From the human T2T-CHM13v2.0 reference genome, Homo sapiens: 64,000 nt of DNA. The position numbers were made by a program, and so were the translations under genes. The DNA is taken from the NCBI RefSeq assembly GCF_009914755.1, contig NC_060940.1; one strand, written 5' to 3'. The notes below the pieces were generated by a model that saw nothing but the letters and a program-made list of their open reading frames with translations, did no database searches and was not told the DNA's origin. Positions 52,036-64,000 of the stretch are shown here, piece by piece (the first letter of the stretch is position 1; each line of letters begins with the position of its first letter).

Positions 52036-52576
52036 ATCATGAACTAGTTCCCAAAAGCCAATGTGGAGCTCCTACTTAAGAGGGACTTAAAAGTTTGGGA
52101 AACTGTTGTCAGCCCCCAACACTCACTTGCAGGGGGTCAGAGAGACGATTTCTCCAGGAGGTGGGTGGTACCCAGAGATCGTCTGTCTAGATCCATTGTA
52201 AGTCAGAACCTGGGCAGAGAGAAAGGCCAGGTGCTGGCTGTTGGGTTTGGCCACTGTTGGTTTGTTTTAGGTGATTCTCAGGAATCCTAGGGGTGCTGTG
52301 TGCAAACCCTGCTTCCCACTGCGCTCTGTGGAGCTGGGTGTCTGTGAACATGGGTTCTTTGCCTTGGTCATGCTGTGGAAAACCCCTCCCTGACACTTCA
52401 TATGACTGCTCAGAGTGGCGGGTACAGCTCTTTTGGTGACCAAGGAACAGAAGCCCACTTATGATGATTCAAGCCAGAGGAAGGTTTGTGGCAGAGATAT
52501 GACTCTCATGGGACCCAAAGTAAAGGAGCAGAGATGGGCTAGAATGTCGTGGACTGAAGATGGCTCGCTTGCTTTC

Positions 52577-52647
52577 TACCTACCTTCCTTCCTTCCTTCC
52601 TTCCTTCTTTCCTCCCTCCCTCACTTCCTTCCTTCCTTCCTTCCTTC
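52577..52647. repeat. (CCTT)n simple repeat
   Basis: CCTTCCTTCCTTCC... run. Confidence 0.9.
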
Positions 52648-53390
52648 CACAGGAAAGTTCCCTTGTCCTCCTTGCAGGGTGTGTGATGGGGGTGTGGCTT
52701 GCTTCTTCAGTGCCCAGACCTCTAGGGGAGCATGTAGATAGGCAGGTTATAGGGCTCTGACCCCACGGCAGTGTCTGGGGTGAATATTTACAGCTGAAGC
52801 CCCAGTGGGCGTGCATTACAGGGTGATCTTTTACTTTAGCCATCTATAGGCAGCTTATAGTAGTCAGCTCAATTAGACCCCTGCCTTATCGCAAGGGCAG
52901 GGGCTTTCTGTAACCTGGGGCTTCTTGTCTTGGGGTACTGGAAGAATCAGATCACACGTGGGCTTGGAGAATTAGTGCCGGGTTTTATTGAGTGGAAGTA
53001 GCTCTCAGCAGATGGGGGAGCCAGAAGGGAGGTGGGTTTTTCCTGGAGTCAGGCCGCTCAGAGGCCTGGGCTCTCCTCCGACTGCCCCGGCCAAACTCTG
53101 AGTCCTTTCGCCAGTCAATGGCCTGCCAGTGTCTGCCGGTGTGCTCTTCCACAGGTGCACTCCTCTCCTCGTCCAGCCGCTTGTGTCTCTGCCTGTTAAG
53201 GTCTCAGAGTTTTTATAGGCACAAGATGGGGGCGTGGCAGGCCAGGGTGGTCTTGGGAAATGCAACATTTAGGCAGGAAAACAGAAATGCTTGTCCTCAT
53301 CTAGGTTCGTGGGCACAGGCCCCGGGTGAAGTCCTAGCCAGGGACCACACCCTTCTCTACTCAGCACTTCTCTACCCCTCTTCCCTATCA
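52648..53390 (-). mobile_element. ERV1 solo LTR of the LTR1/LTR27/LTR28/MER52 group
   Basis: Minus strand starts TGATAGGGAAG; GC box 53228-53238, TATAAAA 53211-53217, AATAAA 52984-52989 in canonical LTR order. Confidence 0.75.
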
Positions 53391-53541
53391 CTTCCTTCTT
53401 TCCCTCTTTTTCCCCATCCCTCCCTCCTCCTCCGTCCCTCCTCCTCCCTCCCTCTCTCCTTTCTTTCCTTCCTTCCTTCCTCTTTTTCTCCTCCTAGTTC
53501 CTCTCTGCCTTTCTCTTGCCTCCTTTTTTTTTTATTTTTTT
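53391..53541. repeat. Polypyrimidine (CT-rich) low-complexity tract
   Basis: Almost exclusively C/T. Confidence 0.88.
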
Positions 53542-53829
53542 GACTGAGGGAGGCCAGAACAGAGTCTCTCTAAGTTCCCCAGCCTCCGCTGCACATTTGC
53601 CTGCCCCAGCTTCTTTGGGAGGTGAGCATGAGCCCTCATGCCTGAAGCCAAGATGTTCCTTTCGCAAAGCTCCCCAGCCTTGGCTAAGGGGCCCCATATT
53701 TCACCACCTAAGAACTTCCATTTTGTCTGAACTGTGCTGCTCCCACATCTGGAAGAGGGCTTTGCCTCTTAAAAGGAGAGGCTGAACTCCTGGAGTTAAC
53801 TCTCCTAATTCTCAGCTCTAATAAAGAAC

Positions 53830-54075
53830 AATATTTGCCCACAGTTATTGGGTGCAAACTAGGTGCCAGGCCACTGCTTTAAGCGCTTTGCCCAGAACAT
53901 CTTGTTAAAGACTCTTGGCAACTGTAAGAACAAGGTGCCATCACTGTCCCAATTCACAGCTGGGAAAACGAGGCTCCAAGAAGTTAAAGAATCTGACTAA
54001 GGTCACACAGCTAGCACACGGAAAAGCAAGATTGGAACCCAGGTCTGCTGGCTCTAGAGTCCACACTGTTAACTG
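53830..54075 (-). mobile_element. MIR SINE
   Basis: GTGCCAGGCCACTGCTTTAAGCGCTTT...AAGGTCACACAGCTAG...GAACCCAGGTCTG. Confidence 0.8.
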
Positions 54076-54389
54076 TCTTATTATATGGTCTTCATGATCT
54101 TCTAACTGGAGTTCTTGTGCACGGCTTTACAGAAGGTTGTTTTTTTAAAAGAATCTTTCAGATTAAAAATGCCAGTCTACAGACCAAGAAGCCAGTTTTC
54201 TTCATTTATATGGATGGAGGTGAAAATAGTAGATTAAAAAATAAATATTGTTAGCTGGTGCCTGGGGATTCTGAATAGCATCTGTAGGATTTCTTACCTA
54301 TGTTGCAGGGAATCCCTACCCCTTCTCACCGACACCATCACCCTCTCTGCCCTCCTCCCCTGGGCCACCGCATGTTTCAGGATCCTACT

Positions 54390-56760
54390 GGAAAACCTGG
54401 TGCTAAAATGTTGCTCAATTTTAATTACACTTTCAAGTGCCTCGCTGTCAGCTGTCCTTCTGAAATTGTTTTAATTGAAGTTCCATGAATCCTGGCGAGT
54501 TCAGATGGAGTTCATCTCTGAGCCCATCCTGATTTCATTAAAGATTTGATCTTTCTTTTTTCACCAATAAAACATTTATTATCGTTATCTGTTTTGTAAC
54601 CATTTTCTTTCACCAAAGTAGGGGAGAAAATCAACCTCATTTTCATGCCAATAAAACTAAGGAATCATCTGTTGATTTTTCCGTATGCAATAACAGTAAC
54701 ATTTAAAAAAACTAATAATTAATTATTTTTCTTGTATATGAAGACAATCCTCATTCAAGAGGATTTTTTAAGCCTGCAGGTGAATATTTATTATTAAACT
54801 GCACACAGGGCTTAAGAAAGAATCCCCTTCCTAAACATAGGTGTTTTGTTTGTTTGTTTATTTTTTTTATTCTAGTTGAGGAGATGTCAGGGTTTTTTAA
54901 CAGCTGAAGCAGAGATGGTTCTCAAACACTCTGCCCCCACCATCTCCACTACCCCCACCACCCTTACCACCCCCACTAAGAAGTAAATTATGTGAAAAAT
55001 AAGTAAATTATGGGAAAAAAAAGTTACAGATGAAACAAATAATACAAAGGTAAAATGTTACCCAAAAGTAGTAGTTTGTTGACCCCGAGTGTTAATAATT
55101 AACAGTTAATTACTATTAAATCATCATTGCCCAGCCTTGGCTGGGATGACAATTTATGCTCAGGAGTCAGGTCTCAATTTGTGTTTGTGATTATCTGCTC
55201 TGGGACATTCTCAGCAAACTCGATACCTGTCTCCTGCTTGGTGGATTTGAGTCACAATGTTTTTGTTAAGATTTCAGCTGCAGTTCCTTCTAGGTCTTTG
55301 TTTCATGTATGTAATATACTTAAAATGCACTAAATGACAGTTTATAATATCATTATCTACAGTTAAAGATATTATAACTTCAAAAATGAAAAGAAAGTGT
55401 AGCCATATGTGGAAATGGTCTATTTTGTGCCCTTTTAACCCTCTTCTCTCACAGTTTCAATAGTTTCGACGGGACCAGACAGGCAACAGCGCAAAAATCA
55501 TAGGTCTGCAAAATCATTTTGCTCTTTTAGCCCACAGTTGTCATGAAAGGAAACTGGGTTATTTAGACAGTAAATAACAACGAGGACTAATTTATTTTTC
55601 TTTTCTTTTTTCTTTTTCTGTTATTTTTGTACTGGGTTTCAATACGTTATTACATGGTTTGATAATTCAAGGATGGTTCAGAAACCCACGTTACCCTGCC
55701 ACCGCCCCTCAACGCCCGCCGACCCAGCCCCCAATAACATGGGAGTTGATTTAAAACTTCACTCTGAACAGCCCTGGGGTTATTAGGAACAGTGTGGACC
55801 GAGTATGGATTAGGTTTAAAAGTAATAAAAAAGTAGACCTGTTGGTCAGGTGAAAAATTCACTATCAGATTCTTGAGTGTAGCGTTCCTTTTCATGTGCA
55901 AACGGCACTAAATGAGGCATTTAATTCAACAAATCCAAAGTTCTGATCCGCCAGAAATAGAGACTGGGTTAGTTCAATTTGTAACAAACGATCTCCGTAT
56001 GATCAAAGTCCTGAGCGCTGATTTCAACATGCTGCTTAAATTAGTCTAACACCAAAGTCTTTGGCTCAGAGACAGTATTTGGAATGTCTTACCAGAGGAG
56101 AAATTCCTTCTCACACATGGTTCTAATATCATGCCATGCCAGCTTTGCTTTTTAATGGGCTGACAAGGAGGCGCAGTGCTAACTTTCTGACTCCAGAAAG
56201 TTCTTGTGCTGTCACCCACAAACCAGCTAGGATAATTTTTCCTTGGCTTCCTTATTAAAGACTGAATGAAGGGATTGTGAGGCTTTCTTAATGTCACTTG
56301 GTCTGTTTGCCATAAATTCAGGCGCTCATGATGAAAGCTGCACTTATATTTCGCTGGGAAATGGAATCAAGGAGAATGCACCCGGGTTCACAATAAATAA
56401 CTATGCATGAGTTATTAAGTGAATTTCATATACCAGGGCCTTATTACATCAGCAGTTTAGATAATGGCTTCTGAAAAACTGCATCTACGGCTTTCGCGGC
56501 CAAAGCTTGCGGGGGTGGAGTAGGGTCTCCAGAGGGCGCCGAGGTGGACAGACAGAGCCAGCTAGGGCGAGAATGGAAAAGGTGGTATTTGAAAAATAAT
56601 ATAATATTTACATTTTTGCATGCTGTTTGCCTTTTCAGCTCAGCAGGGAGACTAGCAGGCCTGTTGGCCAACATGACATGCATCACTGCAGGCTTCCTGC
56701 CTGCGATTGTTTGTTTTTTTGCAGAAGGAAGACTTGGGGTTGTTTAGACTATGAGCCTAA
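54390..56760. promoter_or_regulatory. Repeat-poor AT-rich block with HOX13/NKX/MEIS motifs (candidate enhancer region)
   Basis: CCAATAAAA at 54564 and 54648, TCAAGTG and TGTCAG near 54433-54450, CCATAAA 56310. Confidence 0.33.
56522..56541 (+). promoter_or_regulatory. Candidate CTCF site
   Basis: TCTCCAGAGGGCGCCG with intact CAGAGGGCGC core and retained CpG. Confidence 0.5.
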
Positions 56761-57406
56761 TTTTAGAGGATGATAATTATGTTGCTTCTAAACCACATAT
56801 TTTCCAGAATTTGCTGCCCCATGAAAATAACTCGCATGTGTGTCCAGCCTGGCTGGCAGCCAGCCTGATGCCCAGGGCCTCAGTCTCTGTCATCCTGGGG
56901 TCCTCTCAGTGACTGGGACAGGGTAGCTTGGTGTGATGAAAAGGCCTTAGTTTTAGGAAACAAAAAAGCTAGGTTAGGGCTCCCACCCCACCATCCTTTT
57001 AGGTCTTGGGGAGGGTCACGTAACTTCTAGGGCAGTGCTTTTTAAAGGGTGTTGTTCTGCAGAACATCAGTGCTATGCAATGCTCTGCAGGATGCCAGGA
57101 TCAAAAACGCTTGGGAATCTTTGCCGTTACACTCTCTTTTCTTCATGATTTGCCATGCACATAGATTCATCCTCCATGCTGTCTTTAGCCTAGGCTTAGC
57201 CTACCCATCCATCCTCCAGGTCTCTGATTCTCAAATACACTCTTTCATTATGGTATAAATCACAAATGTAGCTAAGGAACCAGTTACTTGAGAAGTAATT
57301 TGTGGATGTTGGTGTCCACTCAAGACTAACTCCATGAGATCAGGTATGATTATCTGTCTTGTGATGAATCCCTAACGCTCGGCACAATGTCTGCCATGTA
57401 GTAGAT

Positions 57407-57637
57407 CAGGGTTGTCCAATCTTTTGGCTTCCCTGGGCCACATTGGAAGAAGAAGAATTGTCTTGGGCCACACATAAAATAGACTAACACTAATGATAGT
57501 TGTTGAGCTAAAAAAAAAAAAAGATTGCAACAAAAAATCTCACAGTGTTTTAAGAAAGTTTACAAATTTGTGTTGGGCCACATTCAAAGCCATCTCAGAC
57601 TGCATGCAGCCCATGGGCCACGGGTTGGACAAACTTG
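57407..57637. mobile_element. MER30 (hAT-Charlie), full length, inserted in an L2 3' end
   Basis: CAGGGTTGTCCAATCTTTTGGCTTCCCTGGGCCAC...GGGTTGGACAAACTTG; 8-bp TSD TAGTAGAT/TAGTAGTT. Confidence 0.9.
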
Positions 57638-57679
57638 TAGTAGTTGCTCGATAATGATTTGAGAAACCATTGACTTAAG

Positions 57680-57840
57680 ACAAAGTTCCTAAACTTCAGT
57701 GAACATTCAAATAAACTGTGGAGGGGGGACTTATTCAAATGCAGGTTCTGATTCAACAGGTATGAACTGGGGGCTAAGAGTTTGCATTTCTAATATGCTC
57801 CAATGTGATGCTGATATTTTTTGCATTTTGAATAGCAAGG
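57680..57840. mobile_element. MER5A-like MITE
   Basis: TTCTGATTCAACAGGTATG...GAGTTTGCATTTCTAA...GTGATGCTGAT. Confidence 0.7.
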
Positions 57841-58691
57841 AGTTGAAGAGTTTAACTGTGATTAATCCTAAATATATCAAAATCTGTTTGCCTTTTTCTG
57901 GTACAACACCTAGTAACATCTATGAGCTGAACCTCAGTTTATTCATTTGTAAAATGAACTAAAAGCTCTTCAAGGACACTTGCAGCTTAAAACATTATAG
58001 CCTTTGGGTGCATTGCTTTGAAATTGTTGCTGGGGCAGCTCTGGGATGAGGGGAGCTCCCTCACCACACATGATCTCATGAGGTACATGGGCAATTTCTG
58101 AAGTTTACTGGGGTCCTTGGGGATGTCCAAAAGGGTGGGCTCAGTCTGACTGAGCTTTTTCAGGCTCATCCAGGACTCTTAGGCAGCTAAGTTGTGGTCA
58201 CAGCTGGGGAGCTCCTCCTTTTTAATTCTCTGAGCTTTGGTATGCAAGGTTGGGAACATGAAACATTTCATGTATTCTAAACTCAGAATGATTCAGATGC
58301 AGGGAGGTAGGGACAACATGAGTGGAGCTGGCCCAAAAAGAATGGCAAAGATAAGAAAAAATAATTTATTAAAAATACACAAAGCACTCTTAAAATTGAA
58401 CCGTGAGAAAGCATAATGACTCAATTTAAAAATGAGCAAAAGGTTTGAACAAATACCTTACTAAAAAAAGAGATGCAGATGGCAAATAGGGGTAAGAAAG
58501 AATACTTGGCATCATGTGTCATTATGGAATTGCAAATTAAAATAACAATGAGACACCACTACACATCTATGAGGAGGAGTAAAATCCAAAAACTGATGAT
58601 ACCAACGGCTGGTTATGCAGCAACAGGAACTCTTATTCATTGCTGGTGGGAATGCAAATGGTGCAATCCCTTTGGAAGACATTTTGGTAGG

Positions 58692-59001
58692 TTTTTTTTT
58701 TTTTTTTTTTTCAAGACAATGTCTTGCTCTGTCACCCAGGCTGGAGTACAGTGGTACAAACATGGCTCACAGTAGCCTTTACCTCCTGGGCTCAAGCTAT
58801 CCTCCTGCCTCAGCCTCAAGTGTAGCTGGAACCACAGGTGTGTGGCTAACCAATAAGCCTGGCTAACTTTTTTTGATTTTTTGTAGAGCTAGGATCTCCC
58901 TTTGTGGCCCAGGCTGGTTTTGAACTCCTGGCCCTAAGCAATTCTCCTGCCTTGGCCTCTCAAAGTACTGGGATTACAGGCATGAGTCACTGCACCTGGC
59001 C
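58692..59001 (-). mobile_element. AluJ inserted in L1
   Basis: Reverse Alu; TGGTAG at 58685-58690 and 59002-59007. Confidence 0.9.
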
Positions 59002-61135
59002 TGGTAGTTTCTTATGAAGCTAAACCTAGTCTGACTATATGATCCAGCAATTCAACCCCTAGGGATTTTCCCAACTGACTTGAAGACACAGCTACACAAA
59101 AACCTGCATGCGAATGTTTACAGTAGCTTTATTCATAATTACCGAAAACTGAAAGCAACCAATATGTCCTTCAATAGGTGAATGAATAAATTAATTGTGG
59201 TACGTTCATACCACAGTTTTATTGTTTTCAGTAATAAAAATAAATGAATTAGCAAGCTTCAAAAAGACAAGGCAAAATGAAAGAAGCCAATCTGAAAAAG
59301 CTACATATAGATTTCTTCTATATGACATTCTGGAAAAGGTAAAAATAATAGAGACCGTAAAAAGATCAGTGGTTGCCGGGATTTATGGTGAGGCAGGGGG
59401 ATGATTGATGAGATGAAGCACAGTAGATTTTTTAGGTGAGAGAAACTATTCTGTATGGCACTGTAATGATGAACATGATATTATGCATTTGTCAAAACCC
59501 ACAGACCTTTACAGTGCAAAGAGTAAACCTTAATGTCTACAAATTAAAAAATAATAATTTAAGAGGTTGGGGAATCCCAAGATGGAGTGCCGAATGTGAA
59601 AAAGGAACCCAACTGTATTACAAATGTATAAACCAACTTCACTGAAATAGATGGGAGAATAAGATGCTGGCTTAAGTAACTGAAAATGAGTGGAGTCTGT
59701 AAGACAAGGGAAATGTACATAAGCACTGTACTGTAGTTGATACAGTTGTTTCCTACAAAGGGAGAGGTTAGCAATTTGGAAACTACTAGACATGTGCATT
59801 GGAGCTGAAGTACTAAGTAAACAATGGCAGAGGGTGGGAGCCAAGGTTTTCATGGTTGGAGTGGTTGGTTAAAATACCAACCACTGTTGGTTGGTTGGAG
59901 GGTCTGAGGTTAAAATAAAGCCATATAGTAATGGTTTAGAGTTAGAGATGTCACAGTGGACTCATGTTTAGCTTGATATGGATACACATTTACATGTAGA
60001 CATTTTTATACATATGTGTGTATTTATAGGTTAATATACATTCCTATGTCTTGTTGCACTGCCAGCTGAAAGGACTTAGAAGTAGTGACACCCATATCTA
60101 GTTGTGATGTCCATGTCTAGTTCCCTAATCTTGGTTTCTAATACCATTCTCCAATAAATGGAATCAGGCTTTAGAGAAATGGGTGATTCTAGGACTCTAG
60201 GTCTGGGGCAACAAATCTGTAAGTTGGAAGCATCTTATAGTGCTAGAAAGTAAGAAAGTGCTAAAAGCAAGACAAAACCAAACACAAATCTAAGCCATCA
60301 GACCAAACCCACAATGATGGGACTATGTCCGAGGGATACAGGAAAGAGCTGCCAATGGCCAGAGCTAGAGCAATTTGAGTAACAAAATAAAGTAGCATTG
60401 GGTTATAACCTAAAGAATAAAATAAATATTCACAAGTTCATGATGATATGAATAAATGGTTGAGTAAATAAATAAATGGGGAAGAATAGATCAATCTTCT
60501 GTGCAGAAGAATACAAAATAATTTACGTAGATATTCTGCACTTAAAGAAGTTGAGGATAATTCTCCACTCCTCAAGTGTGGGCTGTACATAGCAACTTTA
60601 AGAGCACTGTATGAAAAGGGAGAAAAGAAAGAATCACTTCACAATGGTACTTGAAGCCAGATGATCGAGGTTAGCATCAACAGTGGTAAGTCATGTTGGC
60701 AGCATGGACCCTTGATATGATGTGATGGGAATGACACTTTATCTCTGTCATCTTCCTCCCCCAAACACATCATCCCACTCTAACCAAGAGAAAAATATCA
60801 GACAAATTTCAGTTGAGGGACATTCTGCAAAAACCTGACCGGTCCTCTTCAAAACTGCCAAGATCATCAAAAACAAGGAAAGCCTGAGAAATGGTCACAG
60901 TTCAGAGAAGCCCAAGGAGACATGAGTACTAAATGTCATGTGGGGTCCTGGATGGGATCCTGGAACAGAAAAATGACATTAGGAAAAACTGAGAGAATCT
61001 GAATACAGTATGAACTTTAGTTAATAATACTATATTACTATTGGCTCATTAATTGTGACACTTGTCCCATATTAATGTTAAAGTGTTAATAATAGAGAAA
61101 CTGCATATGGAATATGCAGGAATTCTCTACACTAT

Positions 61136-61542
61136 CATTACCGGTAGAAGGTCTGGACCGCAAGTTGTCCAGGTTCTTGGCGTTTTAAACAAAGAATTGG
61201 ACAAAATGCACAGCAAAGAAAGGAAAGAGTGAAGCAATGAAAGCAGAGATTTATTGAAAGTGAAAGTACACTCCACAGTGTGGGAGCGGGCTGAGCAGCA
61301 GCTAAAGGGCCCCAGATACAGAATCTTCTTGAATCCAAATACCCCCTAGAGGTTTCCCATTGGCCATGGTGCTTACCTCATGTAAGTGAAGTGGTGGTCT
61401 GCAATCAGTATCAGAATCAGTAGCCTCTAATCCTTTTGTTACTTAGGCATGGAAAGTTGGGGTTTCCTTTCAATTTAGTTCTAGGAAGTCAGCGTGAAAT
61501 GGTATTAGGTTCCCTACCTCCAGACCGTATTCTCCTGCCTCA
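61136..61542 (-). mobile_element. MER51-like ERV1 solo LTR
   Basis: TGTCCAGGTTCTTGGCG...ACAAAGAATTGGACAAAA...TATTCTCCTGCCTCA; 4-bp TSD CTAT at 61132-61135 and 61543-61546; L1 resumes afterwards. Confidence 0.85.
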
Positions 61543-61654
61543 CTATCTTCATGATAACTCTGCAAATCTAAAAAAAAAAAAAAGTTTACTTAAAAATGTG
61601 TCTTCGTCAAAGAACAAGACTTGCCAGTTGAAATAGACTTAGAAAGAATGACAT

Positions 61655-61860
61655 TAGCTTAACCTGAGCACCCAGTATGTATCAGGTGCTGTGCAAGATT
61701 CGCTTTGCCCTGAGATCTTTTTAAATCTTTACAAGAGCTTTATAGGAAATGTAGTGTAATCCATGTTTTTCAGATGTGGAAAGGAGTAGAAAGGTAGGAA
61801 AATTGTCCAAAGTCAGATAGCTATTATGGGAAGAATAGAATTCTACAAAGTCTAGAGTTT
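61655..61860 (-). mobile_element. MIR SINE
   Basis: TGAGCACCCAGTATGTATCAGG...TTTTCAGATGTGGAAA...CCAAAGTCAGATAGCTA. Confidence 0.65.
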
Positions 61861-62511
61861 GAAATACACTTCTTGTGCATTTCCACCAAAATACTCAAGA
61901 AATTATTGTGAACTCTCTGGCCCCCACTCTCTTCACCAATTATGTGGTGGACTGGGATGGGAGGATATTTCTGTCCACTATCTGGAAGCATTAACAGTGA
62001 CTTTCAGCTGAACACCCTTGAGGTGGAGGCCTCATGTTTGGACATAGGGTGGTGTAGAGTCCCTGGCATAAGTTGAATAGCCAACTTGGAGGTGATTCCC
62101 GGATACATAGGAAGGGCCTTTTTGTTTTGATTATTTTGCGTGGTCAGCACAAGGGCACTACATTAGCAGACTCTTTGGCAGGTGAGACCATTCAAGTGCT
62201 GCCTGCAGATAGGTGTGGCCAGAAAGTCTTAGGGCCCTCTTGCATGGCCACTGTTGCTCATGAGCTTTCACAAATTCTTTAATAGGGTGTTCAAGTCCTT
62301 CCTAATTAGAAACCCAAACTCTGCCTTTTGCTATCATTTCTCCCACCAGGTGCTGTGATCCTGCAGAGAGCGGGACTGCAATTATGCCTCTATGGGTGCC
62401 CTTCTATGCTATGTGTTTGTGCAGCTGCCTAGTAACGAATGTGTACTGCTGCTGATCCCAGTGCCCACACAGCCACTCTAGCCTTGCTGGCTTTTCACCA
62501 GTAGGAATATC

Positions 62512-62735
62512 TGCAGTCAGACTGGGTTTGTATCCCTGCTCTGCAGTTTACAGGTTGAGTGACATAGGGAAAGCTACGTAATCTCTTGGAACCTCAGTTT
62601 GCTCATCTGTAAGATGGAGCCAACAACAGTCTCAATCCCATAGGTTGTGGGAGAGTTAGATGACACAGTACATAAGTGCATGGCTAGAACAGGTGCTCAA
62701 TAAATGCAGACATTACCATAATAGCATTATTATTC
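62512..62735 (+). mobile_element. MIR SINE
   Basis: CCTCAGTTTGCTCATCTGTAAGATGG...GGTGCTCAATAAATG. Confidence 0.85.
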
Positions 62736-63732
62736 CTAAATAACTCTGCCTCCTCTATCTGACTCTCTCACCATTTTGAAGGGCCATTTCTTCTCATCTT
62801 CACTCAGCCAAATCCTTCCCTAAGTTGGACCTTTCTAACTTGTGTTCTCTGCTTTGTCTACACATCACAGGGGCTTCAGGGACTATGGATGACTCCACTG
62901 AGAATAAGGATAAGATGCTGGGCTCCAGAGGAGGCAAATGGTAAATGAGGTAAGGGGAGGAATGTTCCCCAGGAGCTTGAGGGAAGGATGGAGGTGTAGT
63001 TTTGCTGCTAAGGTGGAGAACTGCTTTCCCCCTGACTTCTAGCCCCAGAGGGGGCTGCCTTGGGCATGAGTCACAGCTGTCGGCGTGGGGACAGTTATTC
63101 CTATCATTGGCTGCTGGTATGGGTCCCTGTCTGTCAGCCTGTGTGCTTGCACTGTAGCACAGAGCCTAAAAGACTTCCTCCTGCTTGCATGGGGTGACAC
63201 TCATGAAGCTTTCTCACCCCAGGTCTCTGTCTCATCTTCCCTGTCTTCACAGTGGTGGCTGCTGTCTGAGGGACAGAGGGTTACCCATATGGTATTCCTA
63301 GAATTCCACTAGAAGCAACCCTGGAGCCCACTTCTGAAAATGGGCAGGAGTTACTCGGAAGGGGCTGTCCCACTCCATTCAGGATGCTACACATCTGGGC
63401 CATGACCATATCTCTACTTCAAGCCCTGCGTTCTGACAACTGCATCATCTTTTGTGAAATAGCCATGACAGGATTTGCTAATTTTCCTTTTCAAAATGTT
63501 CTTCTTTAGGAAAAAAAAGTAACTTTAGGGTAATCACCTCAATGAGCGTATGAAAAAAAGTTTAATGGCCAATGAACCTAAAAATCTTGGCCCATTCCCC
63601 AGGTCACACAAACCTTTACTCCATGAAATTTACTCAGTGGGTCAGAAACCAGAAGGCCATGACAAGGAGATCTCTGTATTGCTTAACCTACTTGCTGTTG
63701 AAAATAGACACTTATGTTTCTGTGGCTCTCTT

Positions 63733-63775
63733 AATAATGATAATGGTAATGATGATAATAATAATAATAAATAAT
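63733..63775. repeat. (AAT/GAT)n microsatellite
   Basis: AATAATGATAATGGTAATGATGATAATAATAATAAT. Confidence 0.85.
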
Positions 63776-64000
63776 GTTAAAGAATAAATGCCTTCCTCCT
63801 TTTCTTTTTTAAATGGTGGGGGAGGATTCCAGAGCAACAGGTTTTTGAATGCCTTTCAATCCGCTCTCAGGAGAAAGAGTTCAGAGACACTCTCGGTCAG
63901 ATAAAGCTTCTCCTCTCCTTAAAACAGCCACTCGGAAGGCATTTAAGTGTCTTTGTTCCCTCTACTCAAGTTGCAAGAGATACATGTCATTTCGAGAAGT

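Larger units (their letters stand above)
58350..61590 (+). mobile_element. L1MC/L1MD-like 3' portion with long 3' UTR, interrupted by AluJ and MER51
   Basis: ATTGCAAATTAAAATAACAATGAGACACCACTACAC; GATCCAGCAATT; GAAAGAAGCCAATCTGAAAAAGCTACATA; TGGGGTCCTGGATGGGATCCTGGAACAGAAA; ends near the A run at 61570. Confidence 0.85.

Noticed and set aside
52992-53543. 183-aa ORF
   Set aside because: Antisense LTR plus polypyrimidine tract.

Overview
This is a 64-kb stretch of human non-coding genomic DNA. The species call rests on a near-perfect, TSD-flanked AluYa5 at 16196-16491, a human-specific subfamily. I can support no protein-coding exon, RNA gene or CpG-island promoter. Most long ORFs in the supplied track fall on Alu, L2, LTR or simple-repeat sequence, and the rest resemble nothing I recognise. 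Much of the window is interspersed repeat: about 26 Alu pieces, many MIR and L2 copies, old L1M fragments, solo LTRs (MLT1, LTR16, LTR33, LTR47-like, LTR1/27/28-group, MER51) and DNA transposons (MER2, MER20, MER30, MER44A, MER102, MER5, a Tigger relic). Between the repeats lie several repeat-free blocks dense in developmental TF motifs (PBX-HOX, PBX-MEIS, TCF/LEF, FOX, GATA, T-box, HOX13) and two good CTCF motifs. This looks like a gene desert or large intron with distal enhancers, but that is inference and I cannot place the locus. The most notable items are a ~430-bp GAA/GAG purine tract grown from an Alu tail (33 and 20 uninterrupted GAA units), the young AluYa5, tight inverted-Alu clusters with deletion scars, and the candidate enhancer blocks. 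I found no evidence for a previously undescribed biological system. Repeat subfamily names come from recalled consensus sequences and boundaries of old repeats are approximate; both need RepeatMasker/Dfam confirmation.
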